Positions 52,624 to 63,120 are shown, numbered from the stretch's first letter. The stretch is DNA of 64,000 nt from Burkholderiales bacterium PBB3 (GCA_002256115.1 NKIK01000003.1:194280-258279); one strand, 5' to 3'. The notes: generated by a model from the letters alone, not told the origin. Translations and numbers: made by a program.

Positions 52624-53394
52624 TCACGCCTTGCGCCGAAAGACAAGGCGCTGGGGTGTGGACTCAGGCGCAGTCCAGCGGTAGCCCTCCAGGTCAAAGG
52701 CGCGCAACTGGTCGGGCATGGTCAAGCGGTGCGTGGTGGCATAGCGCGCCATCAGGCCCCGGGCGCGTTTGGCAAAAAAGCTGATGACTTTGTACTGCCC
52801 GGCCTTGTGCTCCTGAAACACACACTCCACCACCCCGGCTTTCAGGGCCTTGATGTTCACTGCCCGGTAGTACTCGGTAGACGCCAGGTTAATGACCACG
52901 GGGCTGATGTCTTTGCGCAGCCGGGTGTTCAGGTAGTCCGAAATCTGGCTGCCCCAATATTGGTAGAGGTCTTTGCCCTGCGCGGTGGGCAGGCGCGTGC
53001 CCATCTCCAGGCGGTAGGGCTGCATCAGGTCCAGGGGGCGCAGCACGCCATACAGGCCGCTCAAGATGCACACATGGTCCTGGGCCCAGGCCAAGTCGTC
53101 GGGGCCTAGGGTCTTGGCATCCAGGCCACCATACACATCACCATCAAAGGCCAGCGCCGCCTGGCGCGCGTTTTTGGGTGTGGCCCGGCTCGACCAAGCC
53201 TGGTAGCGCGCTACGTTCAGGCTAGACAGCGCGTCGCTCAAGTCCATCAGCTCCGAGATCTGGGGCGGTGAGTACGTGCGCAGCACATCAATGAGGGCTT
53301 TGCTTTGTTTGACGAACAACGGGGCGGTGTGGGGCTGGCCGACAAGCGGGGTGTCGTAGTCCAAAGATTTAGCGGGCGAGAGGAGAAAAAGCAT
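52624..53394 (-). CDS. yaaA: Peroxide stress protein YaaA (UPF0246/DUF328)
   Basis: 'MLFLLSPAKSLDYDTP' hallmark N-terminus; 256 aa. Confidence 0.9.
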   Translation of the reverse strand: MLFLLSPAKSLDYDTPLVGQPHTAPLFVKQSKALIDVLRTYSPPQISELMDLSDALSSLNVARYQAWSSRATPKNARQAALAFDGDVYGGLDAKTLGPDDLAWAQDHVCILSGLYGVLRPLDLMQPYRLEMGTRLPTAQGKDLYQYWGSQISDYLNTRLRKDISPVVINLASTEYYRAVNIKALKAGVVECVFQEHKAGQYKVISFFAKRARGLMARYATTHRLTMPDQLRAFDLEGYRWTAPESTPQRLVFRRKA

Positions 53395-53480
53395 GCGGCA
53401 TTATCCCGATTGGCAGGCACCCCAACGCGGCCCCGGCCCGTGCCCTGGAGTGTTGCCAGGCGCAGAATCGGCCACCCAGG

Positions 53481-53552
53481 CCCTCAAATTTAAGCCAAAT
53501 CAGCCGTTCAGGCCGTGGATAGTGCGGGAGCAGCTCCTATTTTTATAGCAAT
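53481..53552 (-). repeat. Dispersed repeat, copy 11
   Basis: 'CCCTCAAATTTAAGCCAAATCAGCCGTTCAGGCCGTGGATAGTGCGGGAGCAGCTCCTATTTTTATAGCA'. Confidence 0.85.
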
Positions 53553-53606
53553 CGATGCTACACATCGGCACCGGTAAAATCATCGGTCGCTCACAAGAGA
53601 ACCCCC

Positions 53607-56600
53607 ATGTCTGATAACGCCACCCCCCCATTGCCCACAACGCCCGCTGCTGCCCTGGAGCAGCCCGGCCTGCAGTCCCTGTCCAAATCCTTCGAGCCCG
53701 TCGCGCTGGAAGCACACTGGGGCCCCGAGTGGGAAAAGCGTGGCTATGGCGTGGCGGGCTACCGTGGCACCAGCGCCCCTGATGCGGCCGCTGCAGCCCA
53801 GAGCAAAAACTTCTGCATCCAGTTGCCGCCGCCCAATGTGACCGGCACGCTGCACATGGGCCATGCGTTCAACCAAACCATCATGGACAGCTTGACGCGC
53901 TACCACCGCATGGCCGGTTTCAACACCGCGTGGATTCCCGGCACCGACCACGCCGGCATTGCCACCCAGATCGTGGTGGAGCGCCAGCTGCAAGAGCAAA
54001 AAATCAGCCGCCACGACCTGGGTCGCGAGGCCTTCACTGCCAAGGTGTGGGAGTGGAAAGAGAAATCCGGCAACATCATCACCAACCAGATGCGCCGCAT
54101 GGGCGACACCGTAGACTGGAGCCGCGAGTACTTCACCATGGACCCCAAGCTGTCCAAAACGGTGACCGAGACCTTTGTGCAGCTGTACCAGCAAGGCCTG
54201 ATCTACCGCGGCAAGCGCCTGGTGAACTGGGACCCGATTCTGATGAGCGCCGTGAGCGATCTGGAAGTGGAGAGCGAAGAGGAAGACGGCTCGCTCTGGC
54301 ACATCCGCTACGACTTTGTGGATGGCCCGCAAACAGTGAACGGTGAAACCGTGCAGGGCTTGGTGGTGGCAACTACTCGCCCCGAGACCATGCTTGGCGA
54401 CGTGGCCGTCATGGTGCACCCAGAGGACGAGCGCTACATGCATTTAATTGGCAAGCAAGTGAAGCTGCCCTTGTGCAACCGCAACATACCAATCATTGCT
54501 GACGACTACGTGGACAAGGCCTTTGGTACGGGCGTGGTCAAAGTTACACCGGCACACGACCAAAACGACTATGCCGTGGGCAAGCGCCACAACTTGGAGC
54601 CCATTTGTGTCTTAACCCTAGACGCAAAGATCATCAGCAATGACATTGTTGCTGCGGGCCAAGGCTGGGAAAAATATACGGCTCCACTTGAGGGTGGCGG
54701 CAAGATCAGCCGAGTGAGTCCTGGCATCTCCTCTTTGGCGGTTGACGTGGGTATTCCGGAAAACCTGCAGGGGCTTGATCGTTTTGTTGCGCGCAAGCAA
54801 GTTGTAAAGGACTTGGAAACCTTGGGTCTTCTAGTCGAAGTGAAGAAACATAAACTGATGGTGCCGCGCTGCGCGCGCACCGGCCAGGTGATCGAACCCA
54901 TGCTGACTGACCAATGGTTTGTCGCCATGAACCAAGTGGGTGCAGGCGACGCTACCGGCAAATCCATCGCGCAAAAAGCCATCGACGCGGTGCAGAGCGG
55001 CGAAGTGAAGTTCGTGCCCGAGAACTGGGTCAACACCTACAACCAGTGGATGAACAACATTCAGGACTGGTGCATCAGCCGCCAGCTCTGGTGGGGCCAC
55101 CAGATTCCGGCTTGGTACGACGAAGACGGCAAGGTTTACGTCGCACGCAACGAAGCGGAAGCCCAGGCGCAAGCCCTTGGCAAGACACTCAAGCGCGACC
55201 CGGATGTGCTGGACACCTGGTACTCCTCCGCATTAGTTCCTTTCAGCACCATGGGTTGGGGCAATAGCGACAACGTAGCTGGCGAGTGTGCCGGTGTCGG
55301 CCGCAGCGACTTGGCAAGCGCAGCGCCTCTGAGCAAGGCCGATTCCGGCACCCTCGCCAGCGGGGCCAAGGCCGAAAGCCTCGATGACTTCGACCTGTAC
55401 CTGCCCTCTAGCGTCCTGGTCACCGGCTACGACATCATCTTCTTCTGGGTCGCCCGAATGATCATGATGACCACGCACTTCACCGGCCAGGTGCCGTTCA
55501 AGCACGTCTACATCCACGGCCTGGTGAAAGACGCGCAGGGCAAAAAGATGAGCAAGTCCGAGGGCAATGTGCTGGACCCGGTGGACCTGATTGACGGCAT
55601 CGAGCTCGGCCCCCTGCTGGCCAAACGATCCGAAGGCCTGCGCAAGCCCGAGACCGCACCCCAGGTGCGCAAAAACACCGAAAAAGAATTCCCCGAAGGC
55701 ATCCCCGCCTACGGTGCCGACGCTTTGCGTTTCACCTTTGCAGCGCTCGCATCGCTGGGCCGTGGCATCAACTTCGACAGCAAGCGCTGCGAGGGCTACC
55801 GCAATTTCTGCAACAAGCTGTGGAACGCCACCCGCTTTGTGCTGATGAACTGCGAAGGCAATGACTGTGGGCTGAACGAGCACACCAAAGAGCAGTGCGA
55901 ACCCGGTGGCGAAGCCCATGGCTACCTGGAGTTCAGCCAGGCCGACCGCTGGATCGTCTCGCTGCTGCAGAAGACCGAGGCTGAAGTGGCCCAGGGCTTC
56001 ACCGACTACCGCCTGGACAACGTGGCCAACACGATTTACGACTTCGTGTGGAACGAGTTCTGCGACTGGTACCTGGAAATTGCCAAGGTGCAAATCAACA
56101 CCGGCAGCGATGCACAAAAGCGCGCCACCCGCCGCACGCTGATCCGCACGCTCGAGACCATCCTGCGCCTGATCCACCCCATCACGCCCTTCATCTCCGA
56201 AGAGCTGTGGCAAAAGGTGGCGCCCGTTGCGGGGCGTCAGGGTCCGTCTGTAGCTATCGCTGCTTACCCCGTGGCCCAGCCCGAGCGCATTGACGAAGCC
56301 GCCATCGCGCATGTGGTCAAGCTCAAAGCCCTGGTGGATGCCTGCCGCACCCTGCGCGGCGAAATGAGCGTGTCGCCTGCCACCCGTCTGCCCTTGTATG
56401 TGGTGGCGCAGACCGCAGCAGAGAGCGAATTCCTGCAGTCGTCCGCAGCGGTACTGCAAGCGCTGGCTAAGCTCAGCGAAGTGAAGGTATTTGCTGATGA
56501 AGCCAGTTGGCAGGCAGCGGCGCAATCTGCACCTGTGGCGGTGGTGGGCGAAGCCCGCGTCTGCCTGTTTGTAGAAGTGGACATAGCGGCTGAAAAAATC

Positions 56601-56783
56601 CGCCTGGGCAAGGAAGTAGCGCGCCTGGAAGAGCAAATCGGCAAGGCCCAGATCAAGCTGAGCAACGAAGCCTTTGTGGCCAAAGCCCCAGCCGCCGTGC
56701 TGGAGCAGGAACGCAAGCGTGTGGCCGACTTTGTAGCCACGCTCAGCAAGGTGCGAGAGCAATTGGCCCGCTTGGGCACATAA
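53607..56783 (+). CDS. valS: Valyl-tRNA synthetase
   Basis: '[15 protein letters not shown]' (HIGH), 'KMSKSEGN' (KMSKS), C-terminal coiled coil. 1058 aa, with an extra segment at 55261-55392. Confidence 0.95.
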   Translation: MSDNATPPLPTTPAAALEQPGLQSLSKSFEPVALEAHWGPEWEKRGYGVAGYRGTSAPDAAAAAQSKNFCIQLPPPNVTGTLHMGHAFNQTIMDSLTRYHRMAGFNTAWIPGTDHAGIATQIVVERQLQEQKISRHDLGREAFTAKVWEWKEKSGNIITNQMRRMGDTVDWSREYFTMDPKLSKTVTETFVQLYQQGLIYRGKRLVNWDPILMSAVSDLEVESEEEDGSLWHIRYDFVDGPQTVNGETVQGLVVATTRPETMLGDVAVMVHPEDERYMHLIGKQVKLPLCNRNIPIIADDYVDKAFGTGVVKVTPAHDQNDYAVGKRHNLEPICVLTLDAKIISNDIVAAGQGWEKYTAPLEGGGKISRVSPGISSLAVDVGIPENLQGLDRFVARKQVVKDLETLGLLVEVKKHKLMVPRCARTGQVIEPMLTDQWFVAMNQVGAGDATGKSIAQKAIDAVQSGEVKFVPENWVNTYNQWMNNIQDWCISRQLWWGHQIPAWYDEDGKVYVARNEAEAQAQALGKTLKRDPDVLDTWYSSALVPFSTMGWGNSDNVAGECAGVGRSDLASAAPLSKADSGTLASGAKAESLDDFDLYLPSSVLVTGYDIIFFWVARMIMMTTHFTGQVPFKHVYIHGLVKDAQGKKMSKSEGNVLDPVDLIDGIELGPLLAKRSEGLRKPETAPQVRKNTEKEFPEGIPAYGADALRFTFAALASLGRGINFDSKRCEGYRNFCNKLWNATRFVLMNCEGNDCGLNEHTKEQCEPGGEAHGYLEFSQADRWIVSLLQKTEAEVAQGFTDYRLDNVANTIYDFVWNEFCDWYLEIAKVQINTGSDAQKRATRRTLIRTLETILRLIHPITPFISEELWQKVAPVAGRQGPSVAIAAYPVAQPERIDEAAIAHVVKLKALVDACRTLRGEMSVSPATRLPLYVVAQTAAESEFLQSSAAVLQALAKLSEVKVFADEASWQAAAQSAPVAVVGEARVCLFVEVDIAAEKIRLGKEVARLEEQIGKAQIKLSNEAFVAKAPAAVLEQERKRVADFVATLSKVREQLARLGT

Positions 56784-56815
56784 AAAAAGGGCGACCTAAG
56801 GGTCGCCCTTTTTCT
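56784..56815 (+). terminator. Rho-independent terminator (potentially bidirectional)
   Basis: AAAAAAAGGGCGACC-TAA-GGGTCGCCCTTTTTC, immediately after the valS stop. Confidence 0.8.
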
Positions 56816-56831
56816 TGGGGTGGCGTGGCGA

Positions 56832-57059
56832 CTAGCGACGGCGCATTACATGGATGTACTCTTCGCCCAGCGTTTCCTGATGGATCAGCTCGTTCCCGGT
56901 TTGTTTGGCAAAAGCCTGAAAGTCCCGCGTCGAGCCTGAATCGGTGGCCACGACCTTCAGCGTTTCACCACTGGCCATATCGGCCAAAGCCTTCTTGGCT
57001 TTCAAAATGGGCAGGGGGCAATTCAAACCACGGGTGTCGAGTTCTCGGTCAATGTGCAT
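56832..57059 (-). CDS. TusA/SirA-family sulfur-carrier protein
   Basis: 75 aa from ATG 57059. 'LDTRGLNCPLPILKAKKAL' conserved Cys-Pro motif. Confidence 0.8.
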   Translation of the reverse strand: MHIDRELDTRGLNCPLPILKAKKALADMASGETLKVVATDSGSTRDFQAFAKQTGNELIHQETLGEEYIHVMRRR

Positions 57060-57103
57060 GTCAGGTCCTTTGTTTTGAATTGTAGGTGTGCGCTCGTGCA
57101 GGC

Positions 57104-57634
57104 TCAATCCCGCTTGGGAAACTCCACAAAGCTGGGGGTATGCCCGCGCGATTTCAACCAATCGGCCAGCGCATAGCCAGTGCCTGCCGGCCAGCATTTC
57201 ACGGTTTCTGGCGTGTAGAGCCGGTAATCGACCAACTCCGCCGACAAACGCACATCCCCATGGCAAACCGCGTGGTAGGCAATGATGATTTGGTTCATAC
57301 GCTGAAAGTCGTAGACGCCAATCAAATTCAGGTCCGTGGTGACCAGGCTGGTTTCCTCGGCAATCTCACGCGTAATGCCTTCTTGGGGCGTTTCACCCGC
57401 CTCCATAAACCCGGTGATCAGCGCATACATCTTGCCGGGCCATGCGGCGTTGCGGGCTAGCAAAATGTGGCCGTTGTACTCAATGACGGCGGCCAACACC
57501 GGCGTGGGATTGTTCCAGTGCGTGAAGTCGCAGGCCGGGCAGCGCAGGCGGGCCTTTTCGCCCCCATCTTCCACCTGGGTGATGAGGGCCAAGGGTGTGG
57601 CGCACTGTGGGCAAAATTTAAAGGCAGATGTCAT
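57104..57634 (-). CDS. NUDIX hydrolase with an N-terminal zinc ribbon
   Basis: 'CPQCATPL...CPACDFTHWNNP' and Nudix box 'GFMEAGETPQEGITREIAEETSL'. Confidence 0.8.
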   Translation of the reverse strand: MTSAFKFCPQCATPLALITQVEDGGEKARLRCPACDFTHWNNPTPVLAAVIEYNGHILLARNAAWPGKMYALITGFMEAGETPQEGITREIAEETSLVTTDLNLIGVYDFQRMNQIIIAYHAVCHGDVRLSAELVDYRLYTPETVKCWPAGTGYALADWLKSRGHTPSFVEFPKRD

Positions 57635-58533
57635 GCAGGGAAAACTCCGGTAGAGAGGTAGCGGTCACCCCGGTCACACACTATGAAGACGATGGTGGCA
57701 TTGGCGTCGCGCTTGGCAATCTCTTGCGCCACCCAGCAGGCACCCGCTGCCGATACGCCAGCAAAAATGCCCTCTTCGCGCGCCATGCGGCGGCACATGT
57801 CCTCGGCATCTGCCTGGCTCACATACACCAGCTCATCCACATTGGCAGGGTCGTAGATTTTGGGCAAATAGGCCTCGGGCCATTTGCGAATGCCGGGAAT
57901 GCGCGAGCCCTCAGACGGCTGCGCACCGATGATGCGGATGGCGGGGTTCTTTTCCTTCAGGAACCGTGCCACACCGGTGATGGTGCCCGTGGTGCCCATG
58001 GCGCTCACAAAGTGGGTAATCTGCCCGCCGGTTTGCTCCCAAATCTCGGGGCCCGTGGTCTCGTAGTGGATGCGCGGATTGTCCTGGTTGGCAAATTGGT
58101 CCAACACCCGGCCTTTGCCATCGCGCTGCATTTGTTCGGCCAGATCACGGGCGTATTCCATACCACCGCTCTTGGGCGTCAGGATCAGCTCTGCGCCAAA
58201 GGCTTTCATAGTCTGCACGCGCTCGATGGACAAGTCCTCCGGCATGATCAACACCATGCGGTAGCCCTTGATGGCTGCCGCCATGGCCAGCGCAATGCCG
58301 GTGTTGCCCGAGGTAGCCTCCAGCAAAGTGTCGCCCGGCTTGATTTCACCGCGCTCCTGGGCCCGCTGGATCATCGACAAGGCGGGCCGGTCTTTGACTG
58401 AGCCCGCAGGGTTATTGCCCTCCAATTTGCCCAAAACCACGGTCTTGCGGGCCGTGTTTTCAGTGGCACCAATGCGTTGCAGGGCGACCAAGGGGGTTTT
58501 TCCGATTGCGTCTTCAATAGTTGGATAGATCAT
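57631..58533 (-). CDS. cysM: Cysteine synthase B
   Basis: Collinear with E. coli CysM: 'KLEGNNPAGSVKDRPALSMI', 'EATSGNTGIALAM', 'GTTGTITGV'. Confidence 0.9.
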   Translation of the reverse strand: MIYPTIEDAIGKTPLVALQRIGATENTARKTVVLGKLEGNNPAGSVKDRPALSMIQRAQERGEIKPGDTLLEATSGNTGIALAMAAAIKGYRMVLIMPEDLSIERVQTMKAFGAELILTPKSGGMEYARDLAEQMQRDGKGRVLDQFANQDNPRIHYETTGPEIWEQTGGQITHFVSAMGTTGTITGVARFLKEKNPAIRIIGAQPSEGSRIPGIRKWPEAYLPKIYDPANVDELVYVSQADAEDMCRRMAREEGIFAGVSAAGACWVAQEIAKRDANATIVFIVCDRGDRYLSTGVFPA

Positions 58534-58575
58534 GTCCGTAAATGTGCCATAATTCAGGGCTTACGTATTAGCGTC

Positions 58576-58660
58576 GCCCGGGTGGTGGAATTGGTAGACG
58601 CACGGGACTCAAAATCCCGCGCCGCAAGGCGTGCCGGTTCGATTCCGGCCCCGGGCACCA
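58576..58660 (+). tRNA. tRNA-Leu (anticodon CAA), class II with long variable arm, encoded CCA
   Basis: Acceptor GCCCGGG/CCCGGGC; anticodon stem-loop CGGGA-CUCAAAA-UCCCG; T-arm GCCGG-TTCGATT-CCGGC. Confidence 0.9.
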
Positions 58661-58666
58661 CATTGA

Positions 58667-58699
58667 AAGCCAGACAACACCTTGTTGTCTGGCTTTTTC
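58667..58699 (+). terminator. Rho-independent terminator after tRNA-Leu
   Basis: AGCCAGACAAC-ACCT-GTTGTCTGGCT followed by TTTTT. Confidence 0.75.
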
Positions 58700-58743
58700 T
58701 TTGCGCTGGATTATTCTTGGCGCCAATGGCATCCTAGGGTCCC

Positions 58744-59457
58744 ATGCAAACTACCGTCCTGTCCAATGTAACTGCCCCGCAGCCCCAGGCGAAAACACCC
58801 GCGCTGTTTTGGGCCGTGTTGGTCGTGTTTGTGGTGTTCGCCCTCATTCCCACCCTCTGGACCGATGTGGATCTGGCTGCAGCGGGTCTCTTTGCTGGCC
58901 AAAGCAAGCAGTTGGACGCTGGCCCTTGGCCTTGGGTGGTGTGGATCAATGCGCAGATTCCGACCGTTTTTCGCTTCGTGGTGCTGGCCGCCTTTGCGGG
59001 CTGGCTGTTCACCAGTTTCAGCCGCTACGGCAAGCAGTGGCGCTTGCAGCTGGCATTCCTGGCATTGGCTGGCACCTTGGGACCTGGGCTCGTAGTGAAC
59101 CATGTGTTCAAAGACAACTGGCAACGTGCCCGGCCCTACCAAGTAGCGCAGTTTGGTGGCCCGCAACAATTCACCCGCGCTGCGGTCATGACCGACCAGT
59201 GCGACAACAACTGCTCTTTTGTCAGCGGCCATGTGGCTTGCGGCTTCTTTTTTGCCAGCCTGATGCTGGTCCACCGTCGGCGTCGTGTGGCGTGGGCCGT
59301 CACGGGCGTCACCAGCGGCTTGGTCATCGGCTTTGCCCGCATGGCAGATGTAGCCCATTGGCTCAGTGACGTGCTGTGGGCCTGCCCAATCACCTTGTTG
59401 TGCAGTTGGGTCGTATGGAAACTGCTTTTACTTCTATACAAGCCACCCAAGTTTTAG
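58744..59457 (+). CDS. PAP2-family membrane phosphatase
   Basis: 'KDNWQRARP', 'SFVSGH', 'ARMADVAHWLSD' (KxxxxxxRP / SGH / RxxxxxHxxxD). Confidence 0.8.
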   Translation: MQTTVLSNVTAPQPQAKTPALFWAVLVVFVVFALIPTLWTDVDLAAAGLFAGQSKQLDAGPWPWVVWINAQIPTVFRFVVLAAFAGWLFTSFSRYGKQWRLQLAFLALAGTLGPGLVVNHVFKDNWQRARPYQVAQFGGPQQFTRAAVMTDQCDNNCSFVSGHVACGFFFASLMLVHRRRRVAWAVTGVTSGLVIGFARMADVAHWLSDVLWACPITLLCSWVVWKLLLLLYKPPKF

Positions 59458-59504
59458 TATCAGGGCACAATGCATTGAAATAATCCGTTGGACCGCGAGG
59501 CGAG

Positions 59505-61091
59505 GTGAACGCCCGCGACAAAGCCCAGGAGTCCTTGATGGAAATGCTCTTTGCAGACGAGGCGCCCGCACCCACCCCTGATGCCACTACGTTTGGCAAG
59601 AAGAGTTGGTGCGTTCTCATGGTGGATGACGATGAAGAGGTGCACACCGTCACCCGTTTGGCTCTGCGCAATTTTGACTTTCAGGGCCAGGAGTTGGAGC
59701 TGATCAGCGCCTACTCTGCCAAAGAGGGCCGGGCTATTTTTGAGAGCCGCGATGACATCGCTCTGGCCATCATCGATGTGGTCATGGAAACCGAACACGC
59801 CGGCTTGGACCTGGTGCACTACGTGCGCAACACCCTGGAAAACAACCGCACCCGCCTGGTGATGCGCACCGGCCAGCCCGGACAGGCACCGCAGGACCAG
59901 GTGATCCGCGAGTACGACATCGACGACTACAAAGAAAAAACGGAGATGACCATCCAGAAGCTGCGCACCCTGCTCTACAGCAAGCTGCGCGCTTACCGGG
60001 ATTTATGTGTCATTGAAGAGCAGCGCGACGGGCTGACCCGCGTATTGCGCGCCACCGAGAAGGTTCAGACCTCCGAGTCACTCACTCTGTTTGCCACGGC
60101 CGTCTTAGAGCAGTTGACGTCGCTGTTGCACCTAGACATCTCCGCGCTGTATTGCACCGTCTTGCCCTCCACCCATGCGAGGCAACAGGCATCGCGCACG
60201 CTGGCGGCCACTGGGGAGTACGTCAAATACAGCACGGGTACGCAATTTGACGATTTGCCAGCCGTTGTCGCAGAGCGCTTTCAAAAAGTGCTGGATGCCA
60301 AAGCGCCTCTGCACTTCGAGGACGCCTATGTGGTCTATAGCGCGGGCGACCGGGGCTCCAGCAATCTGCTGTACGTGACGCACTCCTCGACACTGGACAA
60401 ACTGGATCGTCAGCTATTGGAGATTTATACCCAAAGTGTGGCGATCACCTTTGAGAACATCAACCTGCAGGAAGACCTGCGTGACACCCAAAAAGAGCTG
60501 GTGTACATCCTGGCCGATGCTGTGGAGGCGCGCAGCAAAGAGACGGGTGCCCATGTCAAACGGGTGGCCTTGGGCAGTGAAATGCTGGCCCGCTTGTGCG
60601 GACTGCCCGAAGACCAGGTGCTGTTGATCAAGCATGCGTCTCCGCTGCATGACATTGGCAAAGTGGCCATTCCGGATGCGATCCTGCATAAGCCCGGCAA
60701 GCTGGATGCGCAGGAGTGGGCCTTGATGCAAAAGCATGCGCAGTTCGGTTTGGACATTCTGCAAAGATCGGATCGACCGCTGATGAAACTGGGTGCCGAA
60801 ATCGCTATCACCCACCACGAAAAATGGGATGGCACGGGCTACCCCAACGGCATGCAGGGTGGTGCCATTCCTATCTCAGGGCGCATTACGGCGCTCATTG
60901 ATGTGTTTGATGCCTTGGGCTCTAAACGCAGTTACAAAGGTGCGTGGTCCGATGATCTGGTTATGGAACACATTGTTGCGGGGTCGGGCACGCAGTTTGA
61001 CCCCGTGTTGGTAGAACTCCTGGTGGCCAATCGTGAAGCCTTTCAGGCATTGCGCCTGCAATATCCCGACCTTGAAGAGCCACACGCCTAG
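59505..61091 (+). CDS. Response regulator with middle domain and HD-GYP phosphodiesterase domain
   Basis: REC 'VLMVDDDEEVH...AIIDVVMETEHAGLD'; 'HDIGKVAIPD', 'HHEKWDGTGYP'. Confidence 0.85.
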   Translation: MNARDKAQESLMEMLFADEAPAPTPDATTFGKKSWCVLMVDDDEEVHTVTRLALRNFDFQGQELELISAYSAKEGRAIFESRDDIALAIIDVVMETEHAGLDLVHYVRNTLENNRTRLVMRTGQPGQAPQDQVIREYDIDDYKEKTEMTIQKLRTLLYSKLRAYRDLCVIEEQRDGLTRVLRATEKVQTSESLTLFATAVLEQLTSLLHLDISALYCTVLPSTHARQQASRTLAATGEYVKYSTGTQFDDLPAVVAERFQKVLDAKAPLHFEDAYVVYSAGDRGSSNLLYVTHSSTLDKLDRQLLEIYTQSVAITFENINLQEDLRDTQKELVYILADAVEARSKETGAHVKRVALGSEMLARLCGLPEDQVLLIKHASPLHDIGKVAIPDAILHKPGKLDAQEWALMQKHAQFGLDILQRSDRPLMKLGAEIAITHHEKWDGTGYPNGMQGGAIPISGRITALIDVFDALGSKRSYKGAWSDDLVMEHIVAGSGTQFDPVLVELLVANREAFQALRLQYPDLEEPHA

Positions 61092-61101
61092 AACGTGGCG
61101 C

Positions 61102-62013
61102 TCAGACTAGACCCGTGTGGACACTGGGGTAGCGCAACTTCAAGCCGAGTTCGCGCTTCATTCGCATGTTCACCAATCGACGCGACTCCCCCATAAAGCT
61201 CAATTGCATGGGCGATAGCAAAGCCGCCGCCTCAGCCCGCGTCACGCGCGGCGGCTTGCTAAGCCCATACAAGCCTGCCGCCAAATCAAAGTAGTCGCCC
61301 ATCTTGAGATCGGAGTCATCACAGACGTTGTAGGCCCGTTGGGGCTTGCCCAGCCACAGCGCCCGTACGCAAGCCCTGGCCAGGTCGTCCGCGTGGATGT
61401 GATTGGTATACACATCCTGTGCGGCCTCCAAAACCGGCAGCCCTTTCTGCAAACGCGCGCGCGGGGTGCCACCCTCGCGGTCCGGTGCGTAGATGCCGGG
61501 GATGCGCAAAATGCAAATGGTCGCGGCGGTTGCGCGGCCCCAATGCCGCAGCCGGTCCTCTGCATCCACCCGACGCCGAGCCCGTTCCGTGCCAGCGTTA
61601 ACTGCACGCAACTCTGATACCCAAGTGCCTCCGCAATCCCCGTAAACACCGCTGGTGGAGCCATAGACCAAGGCGCGCGGCTTAGAACGACCTCGCAATG
61701 CCTTCAGCAGGGCCGCGGTGCGACCATCCGCGCTACCGGTGGGCGCTGGAGGGGCCAGATGAATGATGCGGTGGGCCAAGCCTGCCAGCCGTTGCAAGCT
61801 CGTTGGTCCATCCAAATTGCCTAGCAACGGGACAATGCCCGCAGCACGCAATGGCGTCATACGCTCCATGGTAGAAGTCAGTGCCAGCACACGGGTACGC
61901 CCCGCTAGCTGGTGCGCAATCCGCATACCAATATCGCCACATCCAATGATCAAGACGCGCTGCCGACGAAAACGGGAAGGTAGTGCCCCCAGTGGGCTTT
62001 GGATTGAGGGCAA
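61102..62013 (-). CDS. NAD(P)-binding SDR/epimerase-family protein
   Basis: Rossmann 'VLIIGCGDIGMRIA'; size and layout of atypical SDR epimerases. Confidence 0.65.
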   Translation of the reverse strand: MPSIQSPLGALPSRFRRQRVLIIGCGDIGMRIAHQLAGRTRVLALTSTMERMTPLRAAGIVPLLGNLDGPTSLQRLAGLAHRIIHLAPPAPTGSADGRTAALLKALRGRSKPRALVYGSTSGVYGDCGGTWVSELRAVNAGTERARRRVDAEDRLRHWGRATAATICILRIPGIYAPDREGGTPRARLQKGLPVLEAAQDVYTNHIHADDLARACVRALWLGKPQRAYNVCDDSDLKMGDYFDLAAGLYGLSKPPRVTRAEAAALLSPMQLSFMGESRRLVNMRMKRELGLKLRYPSVHTGLV

Positions 62014-62061
62014 AATCGACGCCTTGTGAATTCAACTGTCCGCAAGGATACTTAAAAAACT

Positions 62062-63114
62062 ATGACGGCTGCTGCAGGTGCGCAATCCTTCTTTTCTGTC
62101 ACAGTACAGCCCAGTGGGCGCAGCTTTACGGTACCCAACGGGGACACCGTACTGGCGGCAGGGATCAACCAGGGTATTGGCCTTCCCTATGGCTGCAAAG
62201 ACGGGGCCTGCGGTTCGTGCAAATGCAAAATGCTCAGCGGAGCTGTAGTGCATGGCAATCACCAAAGCAAGGCGCTGAGCCCGGAAGAAGAAGCCAGCGG
62301 CTATGTGCTGACCTGCTGCGCCATGCCCCAATCGGATCTGGTATTGGAGTCACGCCAGGTGACCGAGGCCGGTTCTCTGCCCATCAAAAAAATGCCCACC
62401 CGCGTGAGCAGCATGCGCAAAGCGTCTGACGACGTAATGGTCATTCAACTGCAACTCCCGGCCAACGACATGTTTGCGTACCGGGCGGGCCAGTATGTGG
62501 AATTCATTTTGCGCGACGGCGCACGGCGCAGCTATTCGATGGCCAATGCACCGCACCTGGGGCCCGGGGTCGAGTTGCACATCCGACACATGCCTGGCGG
62601 CAAATTTACCGACCATGTGTTTGGCGCTATGAAGGAAAAAGAGATTCTGCGCATTGAGGGCCCCTTCGGCTCATTCTTCTTGCGTGAGGACTCTGACAAG
62701 CCCATTATTTTGTTGGCCTCAGGCACGGGCTTTGCGCCCGTCAAGGCTTTAATCGAGCATATGCAGCACCAGGGTATTGCACGCAAGGTGGTGCTGTACT
62801 GGGGGGCACGCAAGCCCTCGGATTTGTATATGCAAGACTGGGTTCAGAATCAGTTGGCGACCATACCCACGCTCAGCTTTGTACCGGTGGTCTCGGATGC
62901 CTCGGAAAGCGATGCCTGGTCAGGCCGCACGGGCTTTGTGCATCAAGCCGTAATGCAAGACTTTCCGGATATGCGGGCCTATCAGGTCTATGCCTGTGGC
63001 GCGCCCATCGTGGTGGAGTCTGCACGCGCAGACTTTGTGGCGCTGTGCGGGCTCGACTCCGACGAGTTCTTCGCCGACGCATTCACCTCAGAGGCGGACA
63101 AGCTGGCCCCTTAA
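62062..63114 (+). CDS. 2Fe-2S ferredoxin fused to an FNR-type flavin reductase (AscD/Fre-like)
   Basis: 'CKDGACGSCKCK' plant-type ferredoxin cysteines, 'RSYSMAN' FAD motif, 'LLASGTGFAPV' NAD(P)H motif. Confidence 0.8.
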   Translation: MTAAAGAQSFFSVTVQPSGRSFTVPNGDTVLAAGINQGIGLPYGCKDGACGSCKCKMLSGAVVHGNHQSKALSPEEEASGYVLTCCAMPQSDLVLESRQVTEAGSLPIKKMPTRVSSMRKASDDVMVIQLQLPANDMFAYRAGQYVEFILRDGARRSYSMANAPHLGPGVELHIRHMPGGKFTDHVFGAMKEKEILRIEGPFGSFFLREDSDKPIILLASGTGFAPVKALIEHMQHQGIARKVVLYWGARKPSDLYMQDWVQNQLATIPTLSFVPVVSDASESDAWSGRTGFVHQAVMQDFPDMRAYQVYACGAPIVVESARADFVALCGLDSDEFFADAFTSEADKLAP

Positions 63115-63120
63115 AGTTGC

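Noticed and set aside
6391-53552. The 11 copies of the dispersed repeat as a CRISPR array
   Set aside because: Spacing is irregular (about 1-12 kb between neighbouring copies). Copies occur in both orientations and inside genes. There are no short uniform spacers and no cas genes.
54600-54850. Lower-GC stretch and extra residues in the valS editing-domain region as a foreign insertion
   Set aside because: E. coli ValS has a comparably long, variable segment at the same position between 'GKRH' and 'RF.ARK'. This is normal family variability, unlike the 55261-55392 segment reported separately.
58576-61091. tRNA-Leu as the integration site of a genomic island carrying the PAP2 and REC-HD-GYP genes
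   Set aside because: There is no integrase, no direct repeat of the tRNA 3' end downstream, and no compositional break that I can see.
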